From: Nitrospiraceae bacterium
Lineage (GTDB): Bacteria > Nitrospirota > Nitrospiria > Nitrospirales > Nitrospiraceae
DNA: 51,682 bases
Direction: 5' to 3'
NCBI GenBank assembly: GCA_023248355.1
Contig: JAHFES010000004.1
Span: forward strand, 1-51,682
Translations under genes and position numbers: made by a program
Part shown: piece after piece, positions 1 through 9,940 of the stretch
How positions within the stretch are numbered: position 1 is the first letter of the stretch
Layout: each line of letters starts with the position of its first letter
The notes under the pieces: generated by a model
Seen by the model: only the letters and a program-made list of their open reading frames with translations
What the model was told of the DNA's origin: nothing
The model's database searches: none

Positions 1-78
1 CGGAGGTCGCTGGCGGGTGGGTGAAAGGGACAGAGGACTGCTCGGTGACGATGTGACGATGGTTGGGAGGTGTCTCAT
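1..78 (-). CDS. possible 5' start of a CDS running off the left edge (MRHLPTIVTSS...)
   Basis: ATG at 78 with GGAG 8 nt upstream; frame open to the window edge; too short to assign. Confidence 0.3.
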   Translation of the reverse strand, partial: MRHLPTIVTSSPSSPLSLSPTRQRPP

Positions 79-472
79 GACCACGACTCCACGCTGATCA
101 TGACGGTCGACGGTAGGCTTGCATTATACTCCGTTTGCAAATCCAGGTCATAGGTCCCCGGATCTCATATGGATGCACAGCCGCGATTCGATCTATTGTG
201 TTGACCCTTGAAGCCTGCTATCCTCTTGCCGCTTTGTGGTATTCGAGTGCGATGGCTATGGGTTAGCTGAGAACTGGCATGCGGACTTTGTGCGAGATCC
301 ACCGGCACAGCTGTCCTTTCCCTCCGCTCTCATCCTTCTTGCCCCGCGCTTCCTCTGAGCATCCGACATTGGTGCCCGTCCTCGCTGCCGCCAGGTCTTT
401 GCCACGACAAATCCCTCACAGGTACCCATAAATGTTTCCACCCTCCTCTAGTCGGGAGCAAGGCTGGATTGA

Positions 473-2257
473 GTGGAGATACCGGGCAATGAAGTGAACG
501 CGCAAAAGACCGCGGCGGTGAACAGAAGGCGATTGTCTACAGCCTCACTTCCAGTCGTGCTGCTGCTCTGCTTTGCGATCGCGGTTGGGCTGGGCCTGCA
601 TGCGTTGGGCTCTTTGAGAGCCGTGCTGGTCCATGAGAGAGGAGTAGACCTGGCCAGAACGGCGGCTAGGGTCGCGGACACGCTCGATCGCGTCCTGTTT
701 GAACGCTTCGGTGATATCCAGGTGTTTGCGAATGACCGAGTCCTATTAGAGGGCAAACCGGACGAGAAGACACAGAGGTTGCTGCAATACAAGAAACTGT
801 ACTGGTACTACTCCTGGATAGGGGCCACCGATGCGACCGGTCGAATCGTCGCGGCGACCGACTTGTTTTCCGCGCAAGATAAAGGTGGGACGAAAGAGGG
901 TTCGGCAAAGGGTAGCCTGGGCCTCAATCAGCGAGACTGGTTTGAGATGGTGCGGCAGACAGGGCAGGTATATTGGGGGGAGGCTCAACTTTCACCAGAG
1001 TCAGAAGGGTTCATGGTGGTGGGGTTCTCGGCTCCGATCTATGGGCCACAGGGAGACTTTCGTGGAGTGGTGACGAGCCGGGTCCCGCTCGAGAACCTGC
1101 GAGCCATTCTTGAGCAGGAAGGGAAGCTGCAATACGGAGAAGAAGCCCACGACTGGTTGCTGCTGGATCGTCGAGGAGTGGTCATCATCGAGAAGAACCA
1201 ACCGACGGGGATGAACAGCAATCCGTCGAAGATAGAACCGCCTTCTGCAGGAAGAGCAGCCGAGGATCGTGACAAGCCCGGCTTTGTGGAAGAACTGCAC
1301 CAGCGCCGGCAGATTCCTGTGGTGACCGGGTATGCAAGAACAAGAGGCTACAGCAACTTTCCTGGATTCGACTGGACCGTGTTGGTTCGCTTGGATCGGG
1401 AGCATGCCTATGCTCCGATCAACCGACTGATCTGGACGGTCGGCCTCATTGGGTTCCTCGTCGTCGCTCCGCTGACCGGTTTCGGCGTGTGGACGTCGTG
1501 GCGGTTGGTGCAGGAAAGCCGTGCCCTGCGTCAGACCCAGCAGGAGCTGGAGGCAACAGTAGCCGAACTGGTGCGCTCCAATTCAGATTTGCAGCAGTTC
1601 GCGTACGTGGCCTCGCATGACTTACAAGAACCATTGCGGATGGTGGCCAGTTACACGCAGCTCTTGGCGAAACGTTACAAAGGGAGACTCGATGCCGATG
1701 CGGATGAGTTCATCGGCTACGCGGTAGACGGTGCCAGCCGCATGCAACGGCTGATCAATGACCTCTTGGCGTACTCGCGTATGACCACGCAAGGCAAAAT
1801 CTTTGAACGGGTGGATTGCAATGTGCTCCTGGAGGAGGTGCTCAGCAATTTACGGTTAGCTGTCGAAGAGAGCCGGGCGGTAGTCACCCACGGTCCCCTC
1901 CCCACAGTGATGGCGGACGGCGGACAACTGGGTCAACTCTTTCAGAACCTGATCGGCAACGGCATCAAGTTTCACGGAGAGGAGCCCCCCAGGGTTTATG
2001 TGTCGGCCGAACGCCGGACCCATGAATGGCTATTCTCCGTCCGCGATAATGGCATCGGGGTAGACCCTCAGTATGCCGAGCGTATCTTTGTCATCTTTCA
2101 GCGCCTGCACAACAGAGAAGAATATCCCGGCACCGGCATCGGCCTGGCGATGTGCAAGAAGATTGTTGAACGCCATGGCGGACGAATCTGGGTGAAATCA
2201 CAGACAGGTCAGGGGGCAACCTTTCATTTCACGCTGCCGGCGAGGAGTGATGAGTGA
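473..2257 (+). CDS. membrane sensor histidine kinase (TM-Cache-TM-HisKA-HATPase, Cph1-like transmitter)
   Basis: Two hydrophobic segments flank an extracytoplasmic domain; H-box FAYVASHDLQEPLR, N-box QLFQNLIGNGIKF, DNGIG and GTGIGL boxes; start uncertain. Confidence 0.92.
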   Translation: MEIPGNEVNAQKTAAVNRRRLSTASLPVVLLLCFAIAVGLGLHALGSLRAVLVHERGVDLARTAARVADTLDRVLFERFGDIQVFANDRVLLEGKPDEKTQRLLQYKKLYWYYSWIGATDATGRIVAATDLFSAQDKGGTKEGSAKGSLGLNQRDWFEMVRQTGQVYWGEAQLSPESEGFMVVGFSAPIYGPQGDFRGVVTSRVPLENLRAILEQEGKLQYGEEAHDWLLLDRRGVVIIEKNQPTGMNSNPSKIEPPSAGRAAEDRDKPGFVEELHQRRQIPVVTGYARTRGYSNFPGFDWTVLVRLDREHAYAPINRLIWTVGLIGFLVVAPLTGFGVWTSWRLVQESRALRQTQQELEATVAELVRSNSDLQQFAYVASHDLQEPLRMVASYTQLLAKRYKGRLDADADEFIGYAVDGASRMQRLINDLLAYSRMTTQGKIFERVDCNVLLEEVLSNLRLAVEESRAVVTHGPLPTVMADGGQLGQLFQNLIGNGIKFHGEEPPRVYVSAERRTHEWLFSVRDNGIGVDPQYAERIFVIFQRLHNREEYPGTGIGLAMCKKIVERHGGRIWVKSQTGQGATFHFTLPARSDE

Positions 2258-2340
2258 CGGGTGATTGGTGAGAGCCAAGATGTGAGGAGAGACGGATGAC
2301 GCGGGTCGCTGTTGACTCGTCACGCTAATGAGGAGGCACG

Positions 2341-2805
2341 ATGTCCGTTCCGGAACTTGTGAGACCGGTTGAGATTTTGTTGGTGGAAGATAATCCTGGT
2401 GATGTTCGCCTGACCATGGAAGCCTTGAAAGAGGCCAAAGTGATCAATCACCTGACCGTGCTCAAAGATGGTGTCGAGGCATTGGCCTTTCTGCGGCGAC
2501 AGGGGCAGTATGCCAAGGCCGCACGTCCGCACCTCATCCTGCTCGACCTGAACCTTCCCAAGAAAGACGGCCGTGAAGTGCTGGCCGAGATCAAGGCCGA
2601 TGACAAATTGAAGCGCATCCCCGTGGTGGTCCTGACCACCTCCCAGGATGAACAAGATGTGTTGAAGAGTTATCACCTCCACGCCAATTGTTACATTACC
2701 AAGCCGGTGGATTTGGAGCAGTTCATCACGGTGGTGAAATCGATCGAGGGCTTTTGGCTCGGAATCGTGGTGCTGCCGAAGAATGGGAAGAACCATACGG
2801 CGTGA
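2341..2805 (+). CDS. single-domain response regulator (Rcp1/CheY-like)
   Basis: [36 protein letters not shown]; SD GAGGAGG. Confidence 0.95.
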   Translation: MSVPELVRPVEILLVEDNPGDVRLTMEALKEAKVINHLTVLKDGVEALAFLRRQGQYAKAARPHLILLDLNLPKKDGREVLAEIKADDKLKRIPVVVLTTSQDEQDVLKSYHLHANCYITKPVDLEQFITVVKSIEGFWLGIVVLPKNGKNHTA

Positions 2806-4629
2806 GTGAGGCGCATGCGAATACTGCTGGTTGAAGACAACCCCGGTGATATCCGGCTGCTGCAGGAATATCTGAAAGAAGACAGCGCCTGCCGGTTTCA
2901 GATCACGCAGGCAGACCGGCTCTCGAGGGGGCTTGAGCGTTTGGCTGAAGCACACTTTGATGCTGTGCTGCTGGATCTCTCGCTTCCCGATAGCCACGGG
3001 GCCGACACGCTGGTCCGAATGCGTGCCGCGGCGCAGGGCATTCCGATCGTCGTCCTGACCGGTCTCGATGATGAAGCGTTGGGGGTGCAGTTACTCCAGG
3101 CCGGGGCGCAGGACTATCTGGTCAAGGGAGAGGTGACAGGCTCCCTCCTGCGGCGATCCCTGCGCTACGCCGTCGAACGCAAGCGGACGGAGAAAGAACT
3201 GTCGGAAAGTGAAGCGCGGGTCCGCGCCATCCTCGATAACAGCCCGGGGCTGGTGTTCCTCAAGAATCTTGAGGGCCGCTATCTGCATGTCAATCGCCAG
3301 TTCGAACGAACGTTCCATATTACCTGCGAGGAAATCGTGGGCAAGAGGGACGAGGAGGTCTTTCCGCCGGAGCAAGCCGCCGCGTTTCGTGCCAATGACC
3401 TCAAGGTACTCGCGGCCGGAGTTCCGCTCGAATTCGAGGAAGTCGCGCTCCACGATGACGGCCTTCATACGAGCATTGTGTTCAAATTTCCGCTGCACAA
3501 GGGAGACGGGAAACCATACGCCCTCTGCGGGATCACGACCGACATCACGAATCGCAAAAAGATGGAAGAAGCGCTGCGACAGGCCGAAGAGAAATACCGC
3601 AGCATCTTCAACAACGCCGTAGAGGGCATCTTCCAGTCGACGCCGAGCGGCCGCTACCTCAGCGTCAACCCGGCGCTGGCACGTATGTATGGATATGACT
3701 CACCGGAGGACTTGATACACAGCGTCAGGGACATCGCGCACGAGGTCTACGTCGATTCAGAGTGCCGCACGGAGTTGATGCGTCTATTGGAATTGCGAGG
3801 CGTCGTCCAAGGATTTGAATATGAGGTGTACCGGAAAGACGGCAGTACGATCTGGCTCTCAGAATCTGTGCGGGCGGTGCGGGACGACCGGGGCGCGGTG
3901 CTTTATTATGAAGGGACCATCGAAGACATCACCGAGCGTAAGCAGGCGGAGGAACGGTTGCAACGGACCTTGGGCGAGCTGCGCACCCTCTCGCGGAGGC
4001 TGGATGTCGTGCGGGAGGAAGAACGGACCCGGATTGCCCGGGAACTGCACGATGAGCTTGGCGTCCGATTGACCTGTCTGAAGTTGGATCTGGCCCGATT
4101 GCAGTCATTGATGGGAGAGCCGCTATTTCCCCGCGAGAAGATGGAGGAGAAGGTCCGCTCGATGATGACCGAAGTGGATTCGACGATTGTCTCGGTCCAG
4201 CATCTGGCGGCGGAACTAAGGCCCGGTATCTTGGACGATCTCGGTTTGGTGGCGGCAATTGAATGGCAATGCCAGGACTTCGAACGGCGGAGCGGGACAC
4301 GGTGTTCCTGCGAAGCGTCGCAGGATGAAATTCACCTCGATCGCTCACACGCCACGGCCGCGTTCCGGATCTGCCAGGAGGCGCTCACGAATGTCGCGCG
4401 CCATGCCAAGGCGACGTCTGTCCGAGTGCTGGTGGAAGAGGTGAACGGCGAGCTGCTGCTCGAAATTCAAGATGATGGGCAGGGGATCCCAGTAGAAACT
4501 CTCACTGATTCGGCCTCGTTGGGTCTGTTGGGTATGCGCGAGCGCGCGCGGAGTCTCGGCGGCCGGATCGAGATTGCCAGCTGGCCAGGGAAGGGGACGA
4601 CGGTGACATTGCGATTGCCGTTGACTTAA
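2806..4629 (+). CDS. hybrid kinase REC-PAS-PAS-HisKA_3-HATPase (NarX/UhpB-type transmitter)
   Basis: N-terminal receiver; two PAS/PAC repeats ending DIT.RK; ERTRIARELHDELG, QEALTNVARHA, DDGQG, GLLGMRER. Confidence 0.93.
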   Translation: MRRMRILLVEDNPGDIRLLQEYLKEDSACRFQITQADRLSRGLERLAEAHFDAVLLDLSLPDSHGADTLVRMRAAAQGIPIVVLTGLDDEALGVQLLQAGAQDYLVKGEVTGSLLRRSLRYAVERKRTEKELSESEARVRAILDNSPGLVFLKNLEGRYLHVNRQFERTFHITCEEIVGKRDEEVFPPEQAAAFRANDLKVLAAGVPLEFEEVALHDDGLHTSIVFKFPLHKGDGKPYALCGITTDITNRKKMEEALRQAEEKYRSIFNNAVEGIFQSTPSGRYLSVNPALARMYGYDSPEDLIHSVRDIAHEVYVDSECRTELMRLLELRGVVQGFEYEVYRKDGSTIWLSESVRAVRDDRGAVLYYEGTIEDITERKQAEERLQRTLGELRTLSRRLDVVREEERTRIARELHDELGVRLTCLKLDLARLQSLMGEPLFPREKMEEKVRSMMTEVDSTIVSVQHLAAELRPGILDDLGLVAAIEWQCQDFERRSGTRCSCEASQDEIHLDRSHATAAFRICQEALTNVARHAKATSVRVLVEEVNGELLLEIQDDGQGIPVETLTDSASLGLLGMRERARSLGGRIEIASWPGKGTTVTLRLPLT

Positions 4630-4736
4630 GCCGCGACGGTTTATCTGGTTTGTTTGGTTTGGGCCAAACGCACCAGGGCCATCCGGCGAACAAAAGAAAC
4701 TAAATAAACTAGAAAAACCAAATACACTGGATTCTG

Positions 4737-5366
4737 ATGCTGAACATTCTGATTGCCGACGATCATTCGCTCTTCCGACGCGGGGTCAAGGACTTGCTGT
4801 CAGACGGCCTGGGAGCCGTCACAGTCGGAGAATGCGCCAACGCCCACGACCTGCTGCAGTTGGTCCGGCACAAGAAGTGGGATGTCGTCATTCTGGATAT
4901 CGGCATGCCTGGTACCACAGGAGCCGACGCGCTCATGCAGGTGAAGCGTGAACGTCCGTCGCTGCCGGTGATTATGCTGAGCATGCACCCAGAGGATCAG
5001 TACGCCGTCCGCATGTTTAAGGCCGGGGCAAACGCGTATCTGACGAAAGCCAGCGCGCCGGAGGAACTCGTGACGGCCATCAAGAAAGTGCTGACGGGCG
5101 GGCAGTACGTGAGCCCGTCGCTCGGTGAAAAGCTGGTGCACCTGCTTCACCGAGGCGATGAACAGACACCGCATGAACTGCTGTCGGATCGCGAATTCGA
5201 AGTGATGCGTCTCCTCGCCTCAGGGAAGACCGTCTCAGAAATCGCCGAGAGCATACATCTCGGGACGACCACGGTCAGTACCTACCGCGCCCGTATTCTG
5301 GAGAAACTCCACCTCAAGAACAACGCCGAACTCATGCGCTACGCAGTAGAGCACGGGATCGAGTAG
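4737..5366 (+). CDS. NarL/LuxR-family response regulator (UvrY/GacA-like)
   Basis: ILIADDH receiver; LSDREFEVMRLLASGKTVSEIA...TVSTYRARILEKL LuxR HTH. Confidence 0.95.
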   Translation: MLNILIADDHSLFRRGVKDLLSDGLGAVTVGECANAHDLLQLVRHKKWDVVILDIGMPGTTGADALMQVKRERPSLPVIMLSMHPEDQYAVRMFKAGANAYLTKASAPEELVTAIKKVLTGGQYVSPSLGEKLVHLLHRGDEQTPHELLSDREFEVMRLLASGKTVSEIAESIHLGTTTVSTYRARILEKLHLKNNAELMRYAVEHGIE

Positions 5367-5610
5367 CCGCTCGCCTGGTCTGTCACCCGCCATGTGGCCC
5401 GTCCCCTTGTCGTTCCGATTAGGACAACGACGGACAAGACTTAACGACACCACAATCGTTGTTCCGCCGATAGTGTGATCCGGGCGCCTCCGCTATAACT
5501 CCCATCCGTGCAGTCTCTCATGTCATTTTCTTTGAATGTCTCTTCACTGTGAACAGGCCGGTGAGACCGTTCGGATGTCCGAGCGGTCGGGCATCGGAAA
5601 GGAATATCCC

Positions 5611-5928
5611 ATGATGAGAACGGCGACCATCCAGTCGGCCATTCGATCGGAGCTGATGCAGCAAGGTCCTTGCACGCTCGAAACCCTGCTCGACCGGCTG
5701 CCCCAGTTTTCCTGGAGTGAGATCTTCACCGTCGTTGACCAACTCAGCCGAGAGGGGCAGCTTGTACTTCGTCATCCAGGCCGTTTCCATTACGAAGTGT
5801 TGATCGGCTCGACCAGGCCGCCCTCTGAACAAGCGCCCGCCGGCGGTGCTGTCGCCTGTGACCTCGTGTCCGGCCCGGCCGATCTGAGTTTCCACCCACG
5901 AGAGGAGCAAAGCCCTCATGATCTGTAA
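5611..5928 (+). CDS. small hypothetical protein, possible winged-helix fold
   Basis: SD AAAGGA before ATG 5611; amphipathic CTLETLLDRLPQFSWSEIFTVVDQLSREGQLVL; overlaps next gene. Confidence 0.6.
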   Translation: MMRTATIQSAIRSELMQQGPCTLETLLDRLPQFSWSEIFTVVDQLSREGQLVLRHPGRFHYEVLIGSTRPPSEQAPAGGAVACDLVSGPADLSFHPREEQSPHDL

Positions 5929-6160
5929 GCGCTGCCAAGGCCTGATGACACAAGAAGAGCTGCGCGACTGGGGCGGTGGGAAAGGGAGTGACTGGTCATC
6001 TGCTTTTCGTTGTATCCCCTGCGGAGACATCATTGATCTGGTGATTCTCATAAATCGTAAGCGCGGTGCAAGGCAACCCAATCTTCGCAAGAAACAAGCG
6101 CGATTTGGCGCCCGAGTGACACGCATACGACCGACAAAGCCCTGCGCTGTCGAATGCTAA
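5918..6160 (+). CDS. small zinc-ribbon-like protein (CxxC...CxxC)
   Basis: SD GAGGAG; MICKRCQGLM...RCIPCGDIID. Confidence 0.7.
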   Translation: MICKRCQGLMTQEELRDWGGGKGSDWSSAFRCIPCGDIIDLVILINRKRGARQPNLRKKQARFGARVTRIRPTKPCAVEC

Positions 6161-6207
6161 GGAAAATGGCGGCGACATGACGGGGCGGACCATCGAAGGG
6201 AGGAGCT

Positions 6208-6447
6208 ATGAAACAGTTGGTGGCAATGTGCTGTTTCTGCGAGAAGGTCCGCGACGACGTGGGGACCGAACCAGGCATGGGGATCTGGCAGGAGTTCAAA
6301 ATCTATATGGCCAAGTACATGCTGAAGCCGAGGGAGGTCATGTTTTCTCACACGTACTGCCCGGGATGTCTCTCGTACTACCGGGACTTCCTGGCGTCAC
6401 CGCAGGGCGCGATTCATCGGCCGGGGATGGAGAGGGGGCATGCATGA
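6208..6447 (+). CDS. stand-alone Cys/His-rich protein resembling the CxxC..IRDD..W..SHxxCPxC tail of signalling proteins
   Basis: SD GGAGGAG; CCFCEKVRDD...W...FSHTYCPGC; ATGA overlap with next gene. Confidence 0.7.
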   Translation: MKQLVAMCCFCEKVRDDVGTEPGMGIWQEFKIYMAKYMLKPREVMFSHTYCPGCLSYYRDFLASPQGAIHRPGMERGHA

Positions 6448-7439
6448 TGGATTCACAGATGTTTAACCCGATCTGGTCGATCATTTTGGCCGGCGGCGAC
6501 GGCGGTCGCATCCGGGGCTTCATTCAGCGCTGGCTGGGTCGTCCCAAGCCGAAACAGTATTGCGCTTTTGTCGGGGAGAGATCGTTATTCCAGCATACGT
6601 TGGACCGGGCCTCCGGATTGTGCCGACAGGAGCATATCGTGACCCTCGTCGCCCGCGAGCATCGGCGAGAGGCGTGGTCCCAGCTGGAAGGACGGGTTGG
6701 CGGCACGGTGCTGCTGCAGCCGAAGAATCGCGAGACGGCCGCCGGAATCTATTTGTCGTTGACCTACATCAGAGCCAGAAATCCCCAGGCGACCGTGGTG
6801 ATCTATCCTTCAGACCATTTTGTGTATCCCGAGCATCGGTTTCTCGACTCGGTCCAGCGGGCGGTGTGGACGGTCGAGCGGCTCCCGGACCGGCTGGTAT
6901 TCCTTGGCGTTTCCCCGGATCGTCTTGAGTTGGACTATGGGTGGATTACGCCCGGTGAAAAGCTCGACGGGTCCGCGAAGCACCAGATCCGGGCTGTCGG
7001 CTCGTTCGTGGACAAACCGACCGCTGCCCAAGCCGATGCGGCGTTGGCCGGAGGGGCCTTGTGGAACACCTCTGTGTTGGCGGCCAAGGCAGAAACGCTG
7101 TGGCAGCTCGGGTGGCATTGTTTCCCTGACCTCATGGCGCGTTTTGAACGGCTCGGTGCGGCAATCGGCACCCCGCAGGAAGTGCGCACCCTCGATGAGA
7201 TTTATCATGATATGCCGGCCCACCACTTCTCCTCCGAGTTACTCCGGCGTGTGCCTGACCGAGCTGCGGTCATCGAGATGACCGGAGTGCTCTGGAGTAA
7301 TTGGGGTAAGCCCGAACGGATTACCCACACCCTCCGCCAGATTGGCCGACAACCGGCCTTTCCCCTGGCCTGTCTGAGTCGACCCTTTGCGCCGATCTCC
7401 CCTGTGATCTATGAGGGCGGGGCACCGGCCAGCCTGTAG
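6444..7439 (+). CDS. sugar-phosphate nucleotidyltransferase (mannose-1-phosphate guanylyltransferase-like)
   Basis: IILAGG.G.R, PKPKQYC, QPKNRETA, PSDHFV, YGWI, LWNT; start at ATG 6444 overlapping the upstream stop (track start 6177 is probably too long). Confidence 0.85.
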   Translation: MMDSQMFNPIWSIILAGGDGGRIRGFIQRWLGRPKPKQYCAFVGERSLFQHTLDRASGLCRQEHIVTLVAREHRREAWSQLEGRVGGTVLLQPKNRETAAGIYLSLTYIRARNPQATVVIYPSDHFVYPEHRFLDSVQRAVWTVERLPDRLVFLGVSPDRLELDYGWITPGEKLDGSAKHQIRAVGSFVDKPTAAQADAALAGGALWNTSVLAAKAETLWQLGWHCFPDLMARFERLGAAIGTPQEVRTLDEIYHDMPAHHFSSELLRRVPDRAAVIEMTGVLWSNWGKPERITHTLRQIGRQPAFPLACLSRPFAPISPVIYEGGAPASL

Positions 7440-7461
7440 CATGAACATGGAGGACCGACCG

Positions 7462-7700
7462 ATGAAGCTGCGTGCTGCATCAGAACCGCGACGCAAGTCC
7501 ACAATAGTCACGCCGGTGCACGATCCCGTGATTCCCATGGCGCTATCCGTTGGATTGTCGGCAGAAGGCCCATCGGATGACGTCCCTGCACGCATCGCCG
7601 TGGTGGCCTACCAGCTGTACGAGCAACGGGGCTGTGAGGACGGATAGCACGTGGAAGACTGGCTTCAGGCGAGCAGTGGATTCTCGCCGGCAAGTCATGA
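7462..7700 (+). pseudogene. DUF2934-like small protein, disrupted
   Basis: RIAVVAYQLYEQRGCEDG*HVEDWLQA, then a frameshift to EQWILAGKS*; in-frame TAG at 7645-7647; SD GGAGGA. Confidence 0.7.
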
Positions 7701-7732
7701 GTGTATCTGTACACATTGCATGAACCGGCCTG

Positions 7733-8275
7733 GTGGCCGGTCAAAGACAGGAGCGTGGTATGACAGAGAGTCTCGCGTCCTTGCTCTCAAATTGCGTTGA
7801 GTTCAGCGTACAAGGCTCGCATGTGTCACAGCATGGGAAGATTGTGATTGTGTCACATAACGGCGGCGATTCCGGGCATTGCAGCCGGGCTCTCACGGAG
7901 CAACGTACCAGTTTAGGAATCATGGTGTTCTCCTCGACATGCAGGGTCTTGTACGCGAATCAGGCTGCGTATCATTTCCTCAAGGTACTTAACCGACTGG
8001 AAAATGGTCATGCAACAGATGGTGCCCTTCCAGCTTCAATCGCTCACCTGTTCGACGAGATGCTGAAGTCGCTCGAAAGCCGAATCACGAATCGCGATCA
8101 GAAACCGCTTGAAGCGAGACGACTGCTTGTGGGACAAGACCAACCAGTGGTGCTGCAGGTCTTTGAATTACCCGATCGGTTAGGGCTGCAACAATCACGT
8201 GTCGTGATCACGATGGAGGAGATAACGCATTCCTTAGAGGCCGCACCTTGCGAGGCCTTTCCTCCTTCCGCCTAG
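7733..8275 (+). CDS. hypothetical protein with PAS-like segment
   Basis: GIMVFSSTCRVLYANQAA is a PAS-like N-terminal motif; start uncertain (ATG 7760 plausible). Confidence 0.55.
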   Translation: MAGQRQERGMTESLASLLSNCVEFSVQGSHVSQHGKIVIVSHNGGDSGHCSRALTEQRTSLGIMVFSSTCRVLYANQAAYHFLKVLNRLENGHATDGALPASIAHLFDEMLKSLESRITNRDQKPLEARRLLVGQDQPVVLQVFELPDRLGLQQSRVVITMEEITHSLEAAPCEAFPPSA

Positions 8276-8329
8276 CGCTTGTCCTCCGGGAGCTCGACAG
8301 TTTTTCCCCCGTGAGTTTCCTGGGCTATA

Positions 8330-9531
8330 GCATCTTGCGCCCAGCTGGAACAGCTCTTTGTCCAAGTGCTGGTACTGGCGCGTGCAATGGGGATGCTCAA
8401 GGTGGGCCAGATCAGCGTGGACGGCACCAAGATCACAGCCAATGCCAGCAAGCACCGTGCACGATCGTGGGGGCATCTGGTGAAGATCGAGAAATGGCTG
8501 CAGGACGAGGTCAAGCAGGTGCTGGCATTGGCTGAACGCGAAGATGGCAAGCACGTGCCCGATGGGCTGAACGTGCCGCAGGAGATTGCCCGGCGAGAAG
8601 AACGGCTAGCCGCGCTGGGTGATGCCAAACGCAAGCTGGCAGCATGTGCGCGCGAGCGTGATGCGGCCCAACAGGCCGAATTTGACGCCACGACCGCCCG
8701 TCGGGACGCGCAACGCAAGGCGGGAAAGAGGCCGCGCGGCACAGGTCCCGAGCCGCCGGCCACGGGACCACAAGACAAGGACCAGATCAGTCTGACGGAT
8801 GAACACTCGCGCATCATGAAGGTGTCGGGCGGGGGTGTTGAGCAGTGCTACAACGGCCAGTGTGTGGTCGATGCCGACAGCCTGCTGATTGTCGCCACCG
8901 GCGTGACGCAGGCGTGCAACGACAAGGAGCAGATCAAACCGATGCTGGCCACGCTCAAGTCGCACGCGGCCGAACTGGGCAGGCCCAAACAACTGTCAGC
9001 CGATACCGGGTTCTTCGGTGCGGCCAATGTGAATGCGTGCATGGAAGCGGGAATCGAGCCGTTGATTGCGAGGGGACGGGAAGCCCATTATCCTGCGCGA
9101 TTGGCGCGCTGGATGGAACCGGCCCCGCTGGCGGAGGATGCCGATGGGGTTACACAGATGGCGCATCGGTTGAAGACACGCGCGGGCCGAGCGGATTACG
9201 CATTACGCAAGCAGACGGTAGAACCGGTGTTCGGCGTGATCAAGCATGTGATGAAATTCCGGCAGTGTCTGTGGCATGGTGTGGAAAACGTTCACCACGA
9301 ATGGAATCTGGTCGCCTTGGCGTGGAACCTGAAGCGTATGAGCGTATTGAACAGGGCGTCATGAGAGAAAAAGGCAGCAGGTACGCGTGCTGAGGGAGCT
9401 GGCGACGCGAACAATCCGCTCCCTATTGTTGCCAGGTGCCCATTTCAACAATTTGAAACGCCAACACGTCAGCGTTCGCTTGCCGAGGCGCCGAAAGTTG
9501 AGTCAAAATCCTGAGTCCGACAGACTTCTAG
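8330..9531 (+). mobile_element. IS1182-family insertion sequence remnant (5' part missing)
   Basis: Transposase homology starts mid-protein (QLEQLFVQVLVLA); putative right end GAGTCCGACAGACTTCTAG at 9513-9531; no matching left IR seen. Confidence 0.7.
8366..9364 (+). pseudogene. IS1182-family DDE transposase, N-terminally truncated
   Basis: SVDGTKITANASKH, ISLTD..SRIMK, YN.Q..VD, ADTGFF, RKQTVEPVFGVIK, AWNLKR; lacks the N-terminal domain. Confidence 0.8.
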
Positions 9532-9841
9532 AGTGGAATTAGGCAGCGCACTCGAAGAGAATGATCCTCTGAAGAAATCTCGCATGACGCCTGGATCATC
9601 GGATCCCGCAGAAAGCAAAAATTTGCCTAAAACTTTATTGTAATGACTCAGACTCTTTCCAAATTCGTCAGCTACGATAGTCTACAACTTAACGTTAACG
9701 CAATCTTTCATTCTCGCGCTCTGCCGTAAGTGCTCGGGTTTCCAGATGGTCAACTGACGCGTTGCCTATAACTATTTTGGCAGGCCACACCAGTAGAGCT
9801 ACATTCGACTTGGGGCCATGGTTTTTCCATAAATATCCACA

Positions 9842-9940
9842 GTTGTGTTTTTTACAACACAACGTCAAGTTCGTCGTTTTCACTATTACCAGCTATAAAT
9901 CATATACTTGCGGCGTAATTTTACTGGCATATGAGTTGCT
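9842..9940 (+). promoter_or_regulatory. sigma54-type promoter of lpxC with upstream palindrome and IHF-like site
   Basis: CTGGCATATGAGTTGCT (GG-N10-GC) at 9924-9940; GTTGTGTT-N6-AACACAAC at 9842-9863; AATCATATACTTG at 9898-9910. Confidence 0.7.

Noticed and set aside
256-441. 61-aa minus-strand ORF
   Set aside because: No motif or convincing homology; it lies in the likely promoter/leader region of the kinase.
7645-7647. In-frame TAG as possible pyrrolysine or readthrough
   Set aside because: A frameshift follows within about 25 bp and no pyl genes are present; pseudogene is simpler.
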